64,000 nucleotides of DNA, taken from an uncultured Planctomycetota bacterium. Its GTDB lineage: Bacteria; Planctomycetota; DG-23; CAZBND01. Positions 1 through 9,979 of this stretch are shown here, piece by piece. The position numbers and the translations under genes are program-made. Each line of letters starts with the position of its first letter. The stretch's first letter is position 1. The stretch spans positions 17,900-81,899 of the forward strand of contig CAZUUK010000001.1 of the NCBI GenBank assembly GCA_964622675.1. The letters are read 5' to 3'. The notes below the pieces were generated by a model. It saw only the letters and a program-made list of their open reading frames with translations, did not search any database and was not told the DNA's origin.

Positions 1-466
1 TAAGATGGTCCGGTTTATGAGGCAGGCGGGGAGACTTCACGACATCGGAAAGATCGGTTGGACGGATGTCATACTGAACAAGAGAGGGCCACTTACGGAC
101 AAGGAATGGGAGGAGGTCAGGAAGCACCCTATGGTGGGAAGGGATATCGTCAGCGCGGCGGAGATGATATCGGAGTTTGCCCCCCTGGTGGAGGCGCACC
201 ACGAGAGATTGGATGGATCGGGCTATCCGAAATCGCTCAAGGGAGATGGCATTCCGCTCGAGGCGCGGATCGTGGCAGTTGCGGACTCCTACGACGCGAT
301 GCGGTCGGAAAGACCCTACCGACAGGCGCCCAAGTCCGAAAGGGAGACGCGGGCCGAATTAATAAGGAACGCGAGAAAACTGTACGAACCGGAGGTGGTG
401 GAGGCTTTCCTTAGAACGCTGCGGAGGGCACCTGTGGAGGAGTGGGAGAGCAGATTCAAGCGATAA
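1..466 (+). CDS. HD-GYP domain protein, C-terminal fragment (5' end outside window)
   Basis: Reading frame is open to the window edge. HDIGKIG and HHERLDGSGYP motifs are typical of HD-GYP phosphohydrolase domains. Confidence 0.8.
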   Translation, partial: KMVRFMRQAGRLHDIGKIGWTDVILNKRGPLTDKEWEEVRKHPMVGRDIVSAAEMISEFAPLVEAHHERLDGSGYPKSLKGDGIPLEARIVAVADSYDAMRSERPYRQAPKSERETRAELIRNARKLYEPEVVEAFLRTLRRAPVEEWESRFKR

Positions 467-597
467 TTCGGCACGTGCACCAGGACTCCTTGCTGGAGGC
501 ATCGAATGCGCGGGGTGGAGCCGGGGAGACAGGACGCCAAGTTTACGTTAAGCTGCTGCGCCCTTGCTATTGGCCTTGTGATTCATGGAGAGGACGG

Positions 598-1623
598 ATG
601 ATTTTCCGCTCACGAGCGCCGGTAAGAGTTGATTTTGCCGGTGGATGGACTGATGTGGCCCTGTTTGCAGAAGACTCGCCAGGGGCAGTTGTGAACGCAG
701 CACTGAATATCTTTTCGTACGCAACGCTCATCCCTGGAAAGGAAGGCGAGCCGAGTGGTAACAGAGTGCAAATATATTCGAGCGACTACGACACGTATGT
801 CGAGGCGGAGGACGTAAAGAAGCTCGAGTATGACGGCAACGTGGACCTTGTAAAGGCGGCGATCAGGCGACTGAGCGCGCGCGGAGGCTTCGAGATCATT
901 ACCCAGTCAACAGCGCCGGCGGGCAGCGGCCTGGGAACGTCGGCGTCCATGGGAGTGGCGCTCATCGGTGCCCTTACCAGATATGCCGGGAAGGCGCTGC
1001 TTCCGTATGAGGTCGCCGAAATGGCAAGCGCCATCGAGCAAGAAGAGCTGAAGATACGAGGCGGCAAACAGGATCACTACACGAGCGCTCTGGGTGGGTT
1101 TAGATTTCTCGAATTCTTCGGGGGGAGGGTTCAGCAATCGCCGCTCGAATTGTCGCGCGACGTGCTGCTGGAGCTGGAGAAGAACAGCGTCCTTTGCTAC
1201 ACGGGGAAATCAAGGCTGTCGGGAGACATTCACAAGAGCGTTGCCGACGCCTATAGTTCCGGCGAAAGGGAAACACGCGGGGCTATAGACGGCCTCAAGC
1301 AGGTGGGGATAGAGATGAAGGAGGCGCTGCTTTCGGGGAGCCTGGAGGACTATGCGAGGCTGCTGGATGAGAATTGGGTGTTCCAGAAGGAGCTACACGC
1401 TTCTGTGACGAATGCGGAGATAGAAGGGCTGATGGAGCTGGCCCGGCGTGAAGGTGCACTTGCTGGCAAAGCATGCGGGGCGGGAGGAGGGGGCTGTCTG
1501 CTGTTCTACTGCAACTACGACAAGCAGCACCAGGTACAGCGGGCACTAGAGGAGAAAGGCATCCGCATAATTGACTTCCAATTCGAGCCGCAAGGACTCA
1601 GGACCTGGGCAGTCAGCGGGTGA
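598..1623 (+). CDS. GHMP-family sugar kinase (heptose-7-phosphate kinase / fucokinase-like)
   Basis: N-terminal RAPVRVDFAGGWTDV and GHMP phosphate-binding loop PAGSGLGTSAS. ATG 598 is preferred to ORF-track start 442, whose first 52 codons overlap the HD-GYP gene and are not GHMP-like. Confidence 0.75.
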   Translation: MIFRSRAPVRVDFAGGWTDVALFAEDSPGAVVNAALNIFSYATLIPGKEGEPSGNRVQIYSSDYDTYVEAEDVKKLEYDGNVDLVKAAIRRLSARGGFEIITQSTAPAGSGLGTSASMGVALIGALTRYAGKALLPYEVAEMASAIEQEELKIRGGKQDHYTSALGGFRFLEFFGGRVQQSPLELSRDVLLELEKNSVLCYTGKSRLSGDIHKSVADAYSSGERETRGAIDGLKQVGIEMKEALLSGSLEDYARLLDENWVFQKELHASVTNAEIEGLMELARREGALAGKACGAGGGGCLLFYCNYDKQHQVQRALEEKGIRIIDFQFEPQGLRTWAVSG

Positions 1624-1670
1624 CAGGTTGCGTTAAGAGAAGGGACCGCGACGGTATTTCCCAGAAAGGG

Positions 1671-2612
1671 CTAGCTGTCGGTCGGCTGCATCTGAAAGAG
1701 CGCGATGGCTGAACCAGAGCGCTCCTCGACTTCGGCCGCGAGCAAAGAGCGGTCAGGAGCCCAGGCGAGGGTCGGGGCGCCTCGCCCGATCAGGCCGTCA
1801 ATCGCTCCAATGGGGACCGCATTGGCGCGCTCGAGGTCAATGAGCCGAACCTGTCCCTGCTCCTCGCTAAGCAGGCTTCGGTCGTCAAGCCACAGGATGG
1901 GGCTGTAACTGAGGCCAGCAGTTGCTTCGAGGCCAGCGATGACGGGCTCACCGACAGGTTTCCAATCTCCCTCCTCGCGAACGCGGAGGCATACAGCGCC
2001 GATATTCGTGTAAGCGATGCGCGATGAATCGTGAGAGAAAGCAGGTGACATTCCGCTAAAGCGCGCTTCTACTTCAGCGTTCGGTCCCACGATGAAGATG
2101 CGCGCGCCGCTTTCGTAGTTCGCACAGGCTATCCGCTGCGAATCCGGCGACCATGCGGCGGTCGAGGCCGAAGCTTCGACTGAAAGCCGATCGACCGAAG
2201 CCTGGGCGAAATGGTAGATGCAGAAACAAGCTCGCTTTCTCTTGAGTTCGCGGTCCTCCAGCTCGCGGCATTGGAAAAGTAGCTTCCGGCCGTCGGGGGA
2301 AACGACCGGCGAGTGCTTGGGTAGGGATGCGCACAGCCGGTCGCGAATGGCGATAGGCTGCTCGCGGCCTGACTCGATCTCATGGCGAAAGAGTGCCGTG
2401 TCACGAGCGAAAACAATGGAAGAGCCGTCAGGGGTAAACGTTGGGGTTTCGCCGCTGGTCAGTTCACGCTCTTCGCCCGCAGAGATAGCGGTAAGACAGA
2501 TCTTTTCGAATGATCTGACGTAGGAGATGCTCGCACCATCGGGAGACCAGCAAATATCGGTGAGGGCTGCAGGGTCAGATGCGACTTTTCGAAGCAGGCG
2601 GAGCTGAAGCAT
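1671..2612 (-). CDS. PD40/TolB-type WD40-like beta-propeller repeat protein
   Basis: Repeated blade signatures WSPDGASISY, FTPDGSSIVF, VSPDGRKLLF, WSPDSQRIAC, WAPDRSLLA. No obvious signal peptide. Confidence 0.6.
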   Translation of the reverse strand: MLQLRLLRKVASDPAALTDICWSPDGASISYVRSFEKICLTAISAGEERELTSGETPTFTPDGSSIVFARDTALFRHEIESGREQPIAIRDRLCASLPKHSPVVSPDGRKLLFQCRELEDRELKRKRACFCIYHFAQASVDRLSVEASASTAAWSPDSQRIACANYESGARIFIVGPNAEVEARFSGMSPAFSHDSSRIAYTNIGAVCLRVREEGDWKPVGEPVIAGLEATAGLSYSPILWLDDRSLLSEEQGQVRLIDLERANAVPIGAIDGLIGRGAPTLAWAPDRSLLAAEVEERSGSAIALFQMQPTDS

Positions 2613-2626
2613 GTGTTCTCGAGGAT

Positions 2627-3580
2627 TCAGAAAGCTATGGCGCCCTTAATGTAGCCGTCCTTTGCGGAGGCGGCTATTTCAAAGAGTTCCTGAGCGCGCT
2701 CGGCCGGGGAAACGTGGGTAACAAGACGGTCCAGGCGAAATATGCCCCGCTCCATCATTTTCACGGCTCGCCCGAAGAATGAATCAAAGTTCGGAGAGAA
2801 CATGGGTGAGGTGTTTAGAACTCTGTAGCCGCCTACGTGCCACCTGGAGGTGTCTACCCGGCGGGGCTGGTGATGCCAGGCGAAGATTATCAGCGTTCCG
2901 CCGCGGCGGAGGATTTTTGAGCAAAGGTTCAATGCCACGGCGGCTCCCGAACACTCAATAGCCACATCGAAGCCAGCGATCGTAGCGGCCATCCCGTGAA
3001 GCTCTTCCTCCTCTCCTCTACCGATGAGGTGGGTGGCACCGAACTCCCCCGCCAGCGAAAGCCGGTCCCGGATCCTCTCGGCCGCGACCACCTTGGATAC
3101 CGGCATGTGCGCCAGCCCCTGCACGTGGAGGAGCCCCATGAAGCCGCAGCCGACGATGACGACGTCGTCTCCCGGCGTTATCCCCGCGTTTGTCAGGGAG
3201 TTTACGACGCAGGCAACGGGCTCGACGATCCATTCGTGATGCGTTATGGAGGAGGGCAATTTGCAGGCTGAGTGAACCGGGACGACGATGCGTTGAGAGA
3301 ATTGCTGCTTACCCAAGAGCGCGACGTTGTCACCTTCGCTGAGCTGTGTTACCTGCTTGCCAACCGCCTCAACGACCCCGCATCCTTCGTGGCCGAAGAA
3401 GACGGGGTACTTCCAGGCGGGATCAGGGCGCTTAAACTTGTAAACGTCACCTGCGCAAATGCCGCAGGCTTTGATTCGGACGAGTACCTCGCGGGGGCCG
3501 GGCGGGTTTATCCGGCGTTCGACCATGTCCAGCTTTCCCGGCTGCATGAAGGCAAGCGAAACGTTCTTCAAGAACACCAT
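2627..3580 (-). CDS. Zn-dependent medium-chain dehydrogenase/reductase (alcohol/threonine dehydrogenase family)
   Basis: CGICAGD and GHEGCGVVEAVG catalytic-zinc motifs; GCGFMGL nucleotide-binding loop. Confidence 0.8.
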   Translation of the reverse strand: MVFLKNVSLAFMQPGKLDMVERRINPPGPREVLVRIKACGICAGDVYKFKRPDPAWKYPVFFGHEGCGVVEAVGKQVTQLSEGDNVALLGKQQFSQRIVVPVHSACKLPSSITHHEWIVEPVACVVNSLTNAGITPGDDVVIVGCGFMGLLHVQGLAHMPVSKVVAAERIRDRLSLAGEFGATHLIGRGEEEELHGMAATIAGFDVAIECSGAAVALNLCSKILRRGGTLIIFAWHHQPRRVDTSRWHVGGYRVLNTSPMFSPNFDSFFGRAVKMMERGIFRLDRLVTHVSPAERAQELFEIAASAKDGYIKGAIAF

Positions 3581-3682
3581 CCCTCCTGCTGCGGACTTAA
3601 GCTAAAGAGGACGCCATAAAGCATCTTGGCTCGTGCTGGCCCGCGGCTCCGACCCCGTCGCAGCCGCTTGCAGGGTAACGGA

Positions 3683-3712
3683 ATTGTAGCAGAGGGGCAT
3701 AGGGCTAATCAA
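3683..3712 (-). promoter_or_regulatory. candidate sigma70 promoter for the dehydrogenase gene (TTGATT-N18-TACAAT)
   Basis: Minus strand: TTGATT (3712-3707), 18-nt spacer, TACAAT (3688-3683), about 100 nt upstream of the ATG at 3580. Confidence 0.4.
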
Positions 3713-3724
3713 GCATGCGGGAAG

Positions 3725-4993
3725 CTATTCGTAACGGAGAGCTTCGATGGGATCGAGGTTGGCGGCCTTCCAGGCGGGATAGAGGCCGAAGACAATGCCG
3801 ACGAAGGCGGCAATGCCGAATGCGGTAGCGATTGACCAGGCAGTGACGATGGTTTTCCAGTCAGCCGCTGCAGATACGACCCTGGCGCCGGCGACTCCGA
3901 TAAGAACGCCTGTCGCGCCGCCAAGGCAGGATAGGACGACGGTCTCGATGAGGAACTGCAAGACGATATCCATCCGCCTTGCCCCCAGGGCCCGGCGGAT
4001 GCCTATCTCGCGAGTTCGCTCGGTCACCGTGGCGAGCATGATGTTCATTATCCCGATCCCGCCGACGAGCAGCGAAATGCTGGCGATCGCCCCCATTACC
4101 ACGTTGAATATATTCTGGGTACGCTGGGCCTGCTCAAGGAGCTCCTGCGGGACCACTATATCGTAGTCGGGGTCGGGATGAGTTCTTTCGAGGATGGTCC
4201 TGATGGACTCGGCTGTGGATCTTACCATCTGTGTCTCTTTGACCCTTATGAGGAACTCATCCGCTTCGATGTAACTGGCCTCGGCCGAGCCCGACTGCCT
4301 CTGGTAAGAAAAGTTTCCGAACCGCTTCACCGAGCTGGACAGTGGGATGTAGATGTCGCGGTTGACATCGCGGCCGGTAAGTAGGGCGCCTCCGCCCATT
4401 GTGCCCCGCGGGGCGACGACGCCGACGATCTCGAAGTTCTTGTTTCCAAGCCTTATTCCCTCGCCGCGAGGGTCCCGGTAAGGAAATAGTTGTCTCTTTA
4501 TGGCGTAGCCTATGACGCAAACCCGATCATATTTATTCAAATCAGACGCGGTGAGAAAGCGCCCGCGTTCCAGGTGAATGTTGCCGGCTTCCTTGTAGAG
4601 GGGAATCGTCGCAAAAGCCCTGCCGTCAACGCGCCTTCCCCTGTGCCAAATGTCTTTCCTGGTGTCGCGCACGGGCACGAGCATGTCAACATAAGGGCAG
4701 ACTGCTTGGATATGCTCGGCGTCGTCAAACTTGAGTCCGTATTTCATGACCGAGCTCTGTTCCGCCTGCGGCGTGGAACTCATGGGAGGCTTGACGCTGC
4801 GCACAATGACGGTGTCGGTGCCGAGCAGCTTAAGCTGCTCAAGAGCTTCCAAGCGTGCCCCCTCTCCGATGGAGAGCATCGAAACCACCGCGCCCACGCC
4901 AAATATGATGCCGAGGCCGGTGAGACCTGAGCGCATCTTATGGAGCGACAGGCTCTTCAAAGCCAGCTTTATCATTTCGAGGAAACGAAACAT
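3725..4993 (-). CDS. ABC efflux permease, MacB/FtsX family
   Basis: N-terminal TM helix, large periplasmic domain, then a C-terminal FtsX-type 3-TM bundle (REIGIRRALGARR motif). Lies 2 nt downstream of the ATPase gene. Confidence 0.85.
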   Translation of the reverse strand: MFRFLEMIKLALKSLSLHKMRSGLTGLGIIFGVGAVVSMLSIGEGARLEALEQLKLLGTDTVIVRSVKPPMSSTPQAEQSSVMKYGLKFDDAEHIQAVCPYVDMLVPVRDTRKDIWHRGRRVDGRAFATIPLYKEAGNIHLERGRFLTASDLNKYDRVCVIGYAIKRQLFPYRDPRGEGIRLGNKNFEIVGVVAPRGTMGGGALLTGRDVNRDIYIPLSSSVKRFGNFSYQRQSGSAEASYIEADEFLIRVKETQMVRSTAESIRTILERTHPDPDYDIVVPQELLEQAQRTQNIFNVVMGAIASISLLVGGIGIMNIMLATVTERTREIGIRRALGARRMDIVLQFLIETVVLSCLGGATGVLIGVAGARVVSAAADWKTIVTAWSIATAFGIAAFVGIVFGLYPAWKAANLDPIEALRYE

Positions 4994-4995
4994 GT

Positions 4996-5724
4996 TTAAC
5001 GTCCTCGCCGGCGGTATCCGGCGGCTGCAGCGTCGGGAGGAATTCTGGCCCCATCAGCGACGAGGCCGTCTCTCAGGCGGATGAGCCTGTCGGCGCGGGA
5101 GCCGATGGCCGGATCGTGCGTAACCATGACAATGGTGCTTCCACGCGAGTGGAGCCCATCAATGACTTCGAGAATCTCCTCGCCGGTCCTGCTATCCAGA
5201 TTTCCGGTCGGCTCGTCAGCGAGTATAAGGACAGGCTCGTTGACGAGGGCTCTTGCGATGGCGGCGCGCTGCGTCTCGCCACCGGAAAGCTGGTTGGGGC
5301 GGTGGCGCGCTCTTGGCTTGAGGCCCACCATTTCTATGAACTTCATGCTCCGCGTGTAACGTTCCTTTGGTGCGACTCCCATATAGAATAGAGGGACCTC
5401 TACGTTCTCCAGAACGGTGAGGTGAGATATGAGGTTGTACGCCTGAAAGACAAAGCCAAGTTTCCTGTTGCGCATGGAAGAGAGCTCGGCGTCTGAAAGG
5501 AGGCTTACGTCCTGCCCGTCCAGGAGGTAGCGGCCGGAAGAGGGTCTATCCAAGCATCCGAGGATATGCAGGAGGGTGGATTTGCCCGATCCAGAAGGGC
5601 CCATTATGGAGACAAACTCACCGGGGGCGATGGAGACGTCTACACCGCACAAGGCTCGAACGGGGAGACCGCCGCGACCGTAGACTTTGGTTACGGCTCT
5701 AAGCCGGGCTATTGGACGCGGCAT
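4996..5724 (-). CDS. ABC transporter ATP-binding protein (MacB/LolD type)
   Basis: Walker [10 protein letters not shown], signature LSGGETQR, Walker [12 protein letters not shown]. Confidence 0.9.
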   Translation of the reverse strand: MPRPIARLRAVTKVYGRGGLPVRALCGVDVSIAPGEFVSIMGPSGSGKSTLLHILGCLDRPSSGRYLLDGQDVSLLSDAELSSMRNRKLGFVFQAYNLISHLTVLENVEVPLFYMGVAPKERYTRSMKFIEMVGLKPRARHRPNQLSGGETQRAAIARALVNEPVLILADEPTGNLDSRTGEEILEVIDGLHSRGSTIVMVTHDPAIGSRADRLIRLRDGLVADGARIPPDAAAAGYRRRGR

Positions 5725-5781
5725 GTAAAACTACCTCGGAATACGCTTTGAAGACAGTGCGCTGGGTCGCGTGCCTCGCGA

Positions 5782-7578
5782 TCACCTGGGCCCTCCAGCG
5801 CCGCCTGGGGGGCCTGACCTACCGCGGCCAGGCTTTGGAGACCCCTTCACAGCCTCCATCTCGTCCGGAGGTTTCTTCTCGCCGGACGACTCGGCAACTC
5901 CAGCGGCTTCCTGAATATTTGGCGTCAGCGCTATGAGCTCACCCTCCCCCAGTCCCTCCTTTATCTGGACGAAGTCAGCGTTTGAGACCCCTGTCACAAC
6001 CTGCCTGGGCTCAAGTTTGCCCTCCGCGGAGACGAGCGAAATCTGCGCGCCCTCTTGCTCGACAACGGCGTCCACCGGGACATAAAGGACGTCCTCAGCA
6101 TCACCAACCAGGATTTCAACCTTGGCGGTCATACCGGGCTTGAGTCGTTCGTCCTCCTCCTCAATTGTGATCTCTACGGGGAAGACCTTGACCTCGGAGC
6201 CGAAGTACCAGCTTTCCTCTTCGGCCAGTTTGGCAATCTTAGTTACTGCGCCGTGGAAGGTAACTTGTGGATATGCATCCAGAGTGATAAGGGCCTTCTG
6301 GTCATCCTTGATCCGGTTTATGTTGACCTCGTGGATTTTGACGGACGCCTGCATGACGGAGAAATCCGGAAGGGTGATGAGCGTCCGGCCCGGGTAAGCT
6401 GTGGCACCGACCTTTACATCGTCACTCGAAGAGTAATAACGGTGGCGGCGCTGCTCGCCGATGATGACGAGACCCGGGGACGGAGCGGCTATGGTCATCT
6501 TTGCCAGCTCTTCCTTGTACTCTTCGAGCTGCCTGATAGCCCGCTCCTGCTTTATCTGTGCCTCTTTGACAGCCACCTCTTTCTGTGTGAGCTGGGACGA
6601 TGATTTGCTCTTTGTGGCCTTGAGGTTGTTTCTCGCTTTGATCACATCGTTTACCTTTTTGCGAACGTCCTGGAGAAGGGTGTACTTCTTGAGGAGGTCG
6701 CGGGAGAGCCCGGCGGTGGCGAGGGCATTCTTCTTCTGCTCGACATCGAATTCAGCCTGCTCAAGCTCTTGGGGGGTTGCAAACTCCTTACTTCTCAACA
6801 CTTGTGTGCCTTCGAGGTCCCTGTTGGCCCAATCAAGCTCTTTATCGGCCTTCTTTACGACAAGCTCAGCTTCGCGAATCTTCTGGAAGGCCTCACCGGC
6901 GGGGCCGAAGTAGTGGAGCAGACCTTCCGCGGGATCCGTACTCTCGTCCCCTGCCGAGAAGGAGGAGAATTCGAGGGCCTCGAAATCGCCGGGAGTTGCG
7001 GCTGCGAGCTCGGTAACGGCCTCGTCATCTATCGGCGTACCCAGGTAGCGCTCCAGGGCAATTCCGTTCAACTCAAGGTTGAGCAAGGCATCGTTCAGGT
7101 TGGTCTCATTATTAAGCTCTTGGATGGTGTAGTTCTCCTGCGCTGTTGCGAGGGCGGCCTTTTGAGACTCCACTTTTATCTCCTGATCGGCTATTTTGGC
7201 CTCCACTCCGGACTTGTCCAACTCGACCAAAACGTCACCTTCCTTGACAAGCTCGCCTGCCTCTATGACGTATGCGATCTTGTAGGCAGACTTCGTCTCA
7301 GCCGCCACCGTCACGGGGTTTTGGGAAGTGATCTGTCCCATCTCGGTTAGTCGAATGGGGATATTGCCTCGCCTGACGGGAACCAGCGCCGTATGAACGT
7401 CGGCGGATCCACTCCGGCCCAGCTGCCTCATTACGACGAGGGCAAGAATCGCGACAACGGCGACCCCGGCAATTACGAGAACAAGCTGGGGCTTGCCGAA
7501 GCGGCGCTTGGGTGGTACCTCTACGTCAAGCTCGACATCCTGTGCACGATCATGATTTACGACCAGTCTTTCTTCCAT
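5782..7578 (-). CDS. HlyD/MacA-family periplasmic adaptor (membrane fusion protein)
   Basis: N-terminal TM anchor LVLVIAGVAVVAILALVVM, long coiled-coil hairpin, C-terminal beta-barrel region. Sits between the TolC-like and ABC genes. Has a Gly/Pro-rich C-terminal tail. Confidence 0.8.
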   Translation of the reverse strand: MEERLVVNHDRAQDVELDVEVPPKRRFGKPQLVLVIAGVAVVAILALVVMRQLGRSGSADVHTALVPVRRGNIPIRLTEMGQITSQNPVTVAAETKSAYKIAYVIEAGELVKEGDVLVELDKSGVEAKIADQEIKVESQKAALATAQENYTIQELNNETNLNDALLNLELNGIALERYLGTPIDDEAVTELAAATPGDFEALEFSSFSAGDESTDPAEGLLHYFGPAGEAFQKIREAELVVKKADKELDWANRDLEGTQVLRSKEFATPQELEQAEFDVEQKKNALATAGLSRDLLKKYTLLQDVRKKVNDVIKARNNLKATKSKSSSQLTQKEVAVKEAQIKQERAIRQLEEYKEELAKMTIAAPSPGLVIIGEQRRHRYYSSSDDVKVGATAYPGRTLITLPDFSVMQASVKIHEVNINRIKDDQKALITLDAYPQVTFHGAVTKIAKLAEEESWYFGSEVKVFPVEITIEEEDERLKPGMTAKVEILVGDAEDVLYVPVDAVVEQEGAQISLVSAEGKLEPRQVVTGVSNADFVQIKEGLGEGELIALTPNIQEAAGVAESSGEKKPPDEMEAVKGSPKPGRGRSGPPGGAGGPR

Positions 7579-7597
7579 CTTGTGTATTAGCTCCTAA

Positions 7598-9076
7598 TCA
7601 CCAGCTAATGTCCGTGTCGACATAAAGCGTCCCGATCACTCGTCTGAGCTGAAGCTTGGCAATCAGAAGGTCGACCAGGGCTGCGTTGTAGGAGTCTTGC
7701 GCGTCAATATAATCGTTGCGCGCGTCTTCGAAGTCTCGGCTGGTAATCTCGCCTTGCCCCATCTTGAGTTCGGCCAGCTCCAGAAGCTTTCCTGAGCGCT
7801 CTTCATTGAGCTGCTGGATCTTGAGGCTGTAGTCCGCCCTTTCGAGGTCGCGGACAGCGCCTCTTACCTGCAGGACAATTTCGTCTTCAAGGCGGTTCAG
7901 GCTACGCTCGCGCTGCACGAAGGAAATCACTTCAAGGGAAAGGTTCGCCCGCTCCAGCCTACGGTCTATCGGTATCTTGAGCGTCAGGCCAGCGGAATAG
8001 TATGGGTCGTCCGCGCGCTGATCGGCAAACGAGCTGGCGGAAGTGCCTGGCACCGTGTAGGACGCGTCGAAATTGAGGCTTGGCCGAAGGGTATCCTTGA
8101 CGATGGCGAGAGCACGGCGGGCGTCCTCAAACTTGTCTTTCGCGCTGAGAAGATCGAGCCTGCGGGCAAGAGCAGTCTCTATACATTGCTGAAGCTCGAC
8201 TTCGAGAGGCTGGTAGGCCACCTCCTCCTCCACGAGCTCGACGGGTGTTTGGATATCAATACCCAAATCAAGTTTGAACGAATCGACGGAGAAGCGGTAG
8301 TCTTGTTCGGTTTTGTTGAGGTCGTCCTGCGCCTTGAGGAGGTTGACTTCGGAAGTGAGCTCATCCAACTTTTGCCCCTTGCCCAATAGTTCGAACCGCT
8401 CTTTCGTCATGTCGCGGGAAAAGACAGCGCTGTCAAGAGCCTTCTTTCGGCTCTCCACCGCGCGCCTTCTCTGGAGTAGCCGCCAATAGCGGCTTGCGAT
8501 GTCTATGACGAAGTTTTGTCTGTAGAGTTCAAAGTTTCTCTCCGCGTATACGAGGTTGCGCTCAGCTTGTGTGAGCGGCTCTCTCGCGACGAGTATGCCT
8601 GCGCCCCTGAGCAATGGCTGACTGAAGTTCAAACTGAGGGAAGATGAGAACGTGTCTTCATTTTCCGGCTGGAACGAATGGTCATTTGAGGAGGTCACTT
8701 CTGCCGTTATGCGGCCGCCCTGTTCGAGGTTGCGGCCGGCAGACAGGCTTGCTTCGCTACCGACCTCGTTGTCTGCGCCGGGGCCGCCTGTAAACCTGCT
8801 GGAGGCCTCGGCGGCAGGGCTTATGGAGAAGGAATGTCGTGACTTGGTGAGGTTGAGCGCCGCCTGGTCAACGCTTTCCTTCCTGCTAAGGTATTCCGGA
8901 TTGTTTCGAGTGGCAAGGCGGAGGCAGTCCTCTAGAGATAGAAGAAGGGTTCCCTCGGTTTCGCTGCCGTGGACGGCCGCCAGCGCCCGCGGGACCTCCG
9001 CAGGCATCCCGAAAGCCGCAAGCAGGACTCCAACAATAACTGCCGTTCGGCAGAGTCTCAATGGTTTACCCCGCAT
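7598..9076 (-). CDS. tolC: TolC-family outer membrane efflux channel
   Basis: Signal-peptide-like N-terminus, internally duplicated coiled-coil/beta-strand organisation typical of OEP family. First gene of the adaptor-ABC operon (19-nt gap). Confidence 0.75.
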   Translation of the reverse strand: MRGKPLRLCRTAVIVGVLLAAFGMPAEVPRALAAVHGSETEGTLLLSLEDCLRLATRNNPEYLSRKESVDQAALNLTKSRHSFSISPAAEASSRFTGGPGADNEVGSEASLSAGRNLEQGGRITAEVTSSNDHSFQPENEDTFSSSLSLNFSQPLLRGAGILVAREPLTQAERNLVYAERNFELYRQNFVIDIASRYWRLLQRRRAVESRKKALDSAVFSRDMTKERFELLGKGQKLDELTSEVNLLKAQDDLNKTEQDYRFSVDSFKLDLGIDIQTPVELVEEEVAYQPLEVELQQCIETALARRLDLLSAKDKFEDARRALAIVKDTLRPSLNFDASYTVPGTSASSFADQRADDPYYSAGLTLKIPIDRRLERANLSLEVISFVQRERSLNRLEDEIVLQVRGAVRDLERADYSLKIQQLNEERSGKLLELAELKMGQGEITSRDFEDARNDYIDAQDSYNAALVDLLIAKLQLRRVIGTLYVDTDISW

Positions 9077-9190
9077 GAGTAAGGGCCGCTTGGTAGGAAG
9101 CGATCACGTCCACTCTACTTATAATTATACGTCACAGCCAGCTTCCACTTCCGGTCTAATCCTGTAAAAACTTGTAAGTCCCCGTCGTCC

Positions 9191-9577
9191 CTAGAATTTG
9201 ACGCTGAAGTCCTTATCGGGGACGAAATCTACTGCCGGTCCCTCAGGGCCATAGCGGAGGATAAAACTTCCCAGCCCCGGCAAGCACGCCTCTCCGTTTC
9301 GGCGGAGGATAACAGCCAGTTTGCCGGGAATCATCTCAACCACGCGCCTGGCCATCTCCATCGAGCGATTCTCGGCACTGTCACCGCGGGAGGCGCCTGC
9401 GCCTCGCAGCTCCTTCAATTCCGCCTCCAGCGACTGCCGGATGGACTGTTCCTTTTGGGCTTGGCGGCGCTCGGTCTCGATCTGAGTGCGGAGTGAATGG
9501 AGTTCGTCCTTGAGCGCCAGTATGCGTTCGACTATGAAGCGAACCTTCTTATGGTCAATCCCACAAACGGAACTCAC
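9191..9577 (-). CDS. coiled-coil protein with possible HU-like C-terminal segment, function unknown
   Basis: Heptad-rich central region. The C-terminal LPGLGSFILRY...FVPDKDF resembles the beta-arm region of HU/IHF-fold domains. Start (GTG 9577) is uncertain because there is no SD. Confidence 0.35.
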   Translation of the reverse strand: MSSVCGIDHKKVRFIVERILALKDELHSLRTQIETERRQAQKEQSIRQSLEAELKELRGAGASRGDSAENRSMEMARRVVEMIPGKLAVILRRNGEACLPGLGSFILRYGPEGPAVDFVPDKDFSVKF

Positions 9578-9585
9578 TTCGGCAC

Positions 9586-9909
9586 CTACTGTAGGGCGTT
9601 CATAATCTCCTCGAACGCCTGCCCAGCTTCTTCGACCGCCCTGGCGAGGTCGTCCCTGGCCCGGTTAGCCTCGGCGGCGGCGGATTCGGCCTGAGCAACC
9701 TGACCTTTGAGAGCCTCTATCTGCCGAGAAGCATTCTCAAGTTTGTCCTGCAGTTCTGTCCTCTCCCGTTCGACTTGTTCGATGCGCTGACGAAGTTGTG
9801 CAATTCCCTCGAGCAGTCGGGACTTCTGCTTGAGTATTTCGCGCAGTCTGGAGATGCTTTCGTCAAGCGCGTGAGAGGTCGAGAGGGCGTCAGCCGCGAG
9901 CTCGCTCAC
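9586..9909 (-). CDS. small coiled-coil protein, function unknown
   Basis: Almost entirely heptad-repeat, A/E/Q/R-rich sequence. GTG 9909 is preceded by SD AGGGGGAG. The ORF-track ATG 9951 abuts the -10 box and cannot have a leader. Confidence 0.45.
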   Translation of the reverse strand: MSELAADALSTSHALDESISRLREILKQKSRLLEGIAQLRQRIEQVERERTELQDKLENASRQIEALKGQVAQAESAAAEANRARDDLARAVEEAGQAFEEIMNALQ

Positions 9910-9951
9910 ATTGCTCCCCCTGTTTTTGGTTTTTCCCGTTGCCGAATACAT

Positions 9952-9979
9952 TGTATAGCAAGCGGCAAGGTTGACTCAA
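9952..9979 (-). promoter_or_regulatory. sigma70-type promoter (TTGAGT-N16-TATACA) for the coiled-coil gene pair
   Basis: Minus strand: TTGAGT 9979-9974, 16-nt spacer, TATACA 9957-9952. The -35 box overlaps that of the divergent LOG promoter. Confidence 0.5.

Noticed and set aside
442-597. 52-codon N-terminal extension of the GHMP kinase ORF
   Set aside because: It overlaps the end of the HD-GYP gene and has no GHMP similarity. The family N-terminus (RAPVRVDFAGGWTD) starts right after ATG 598.
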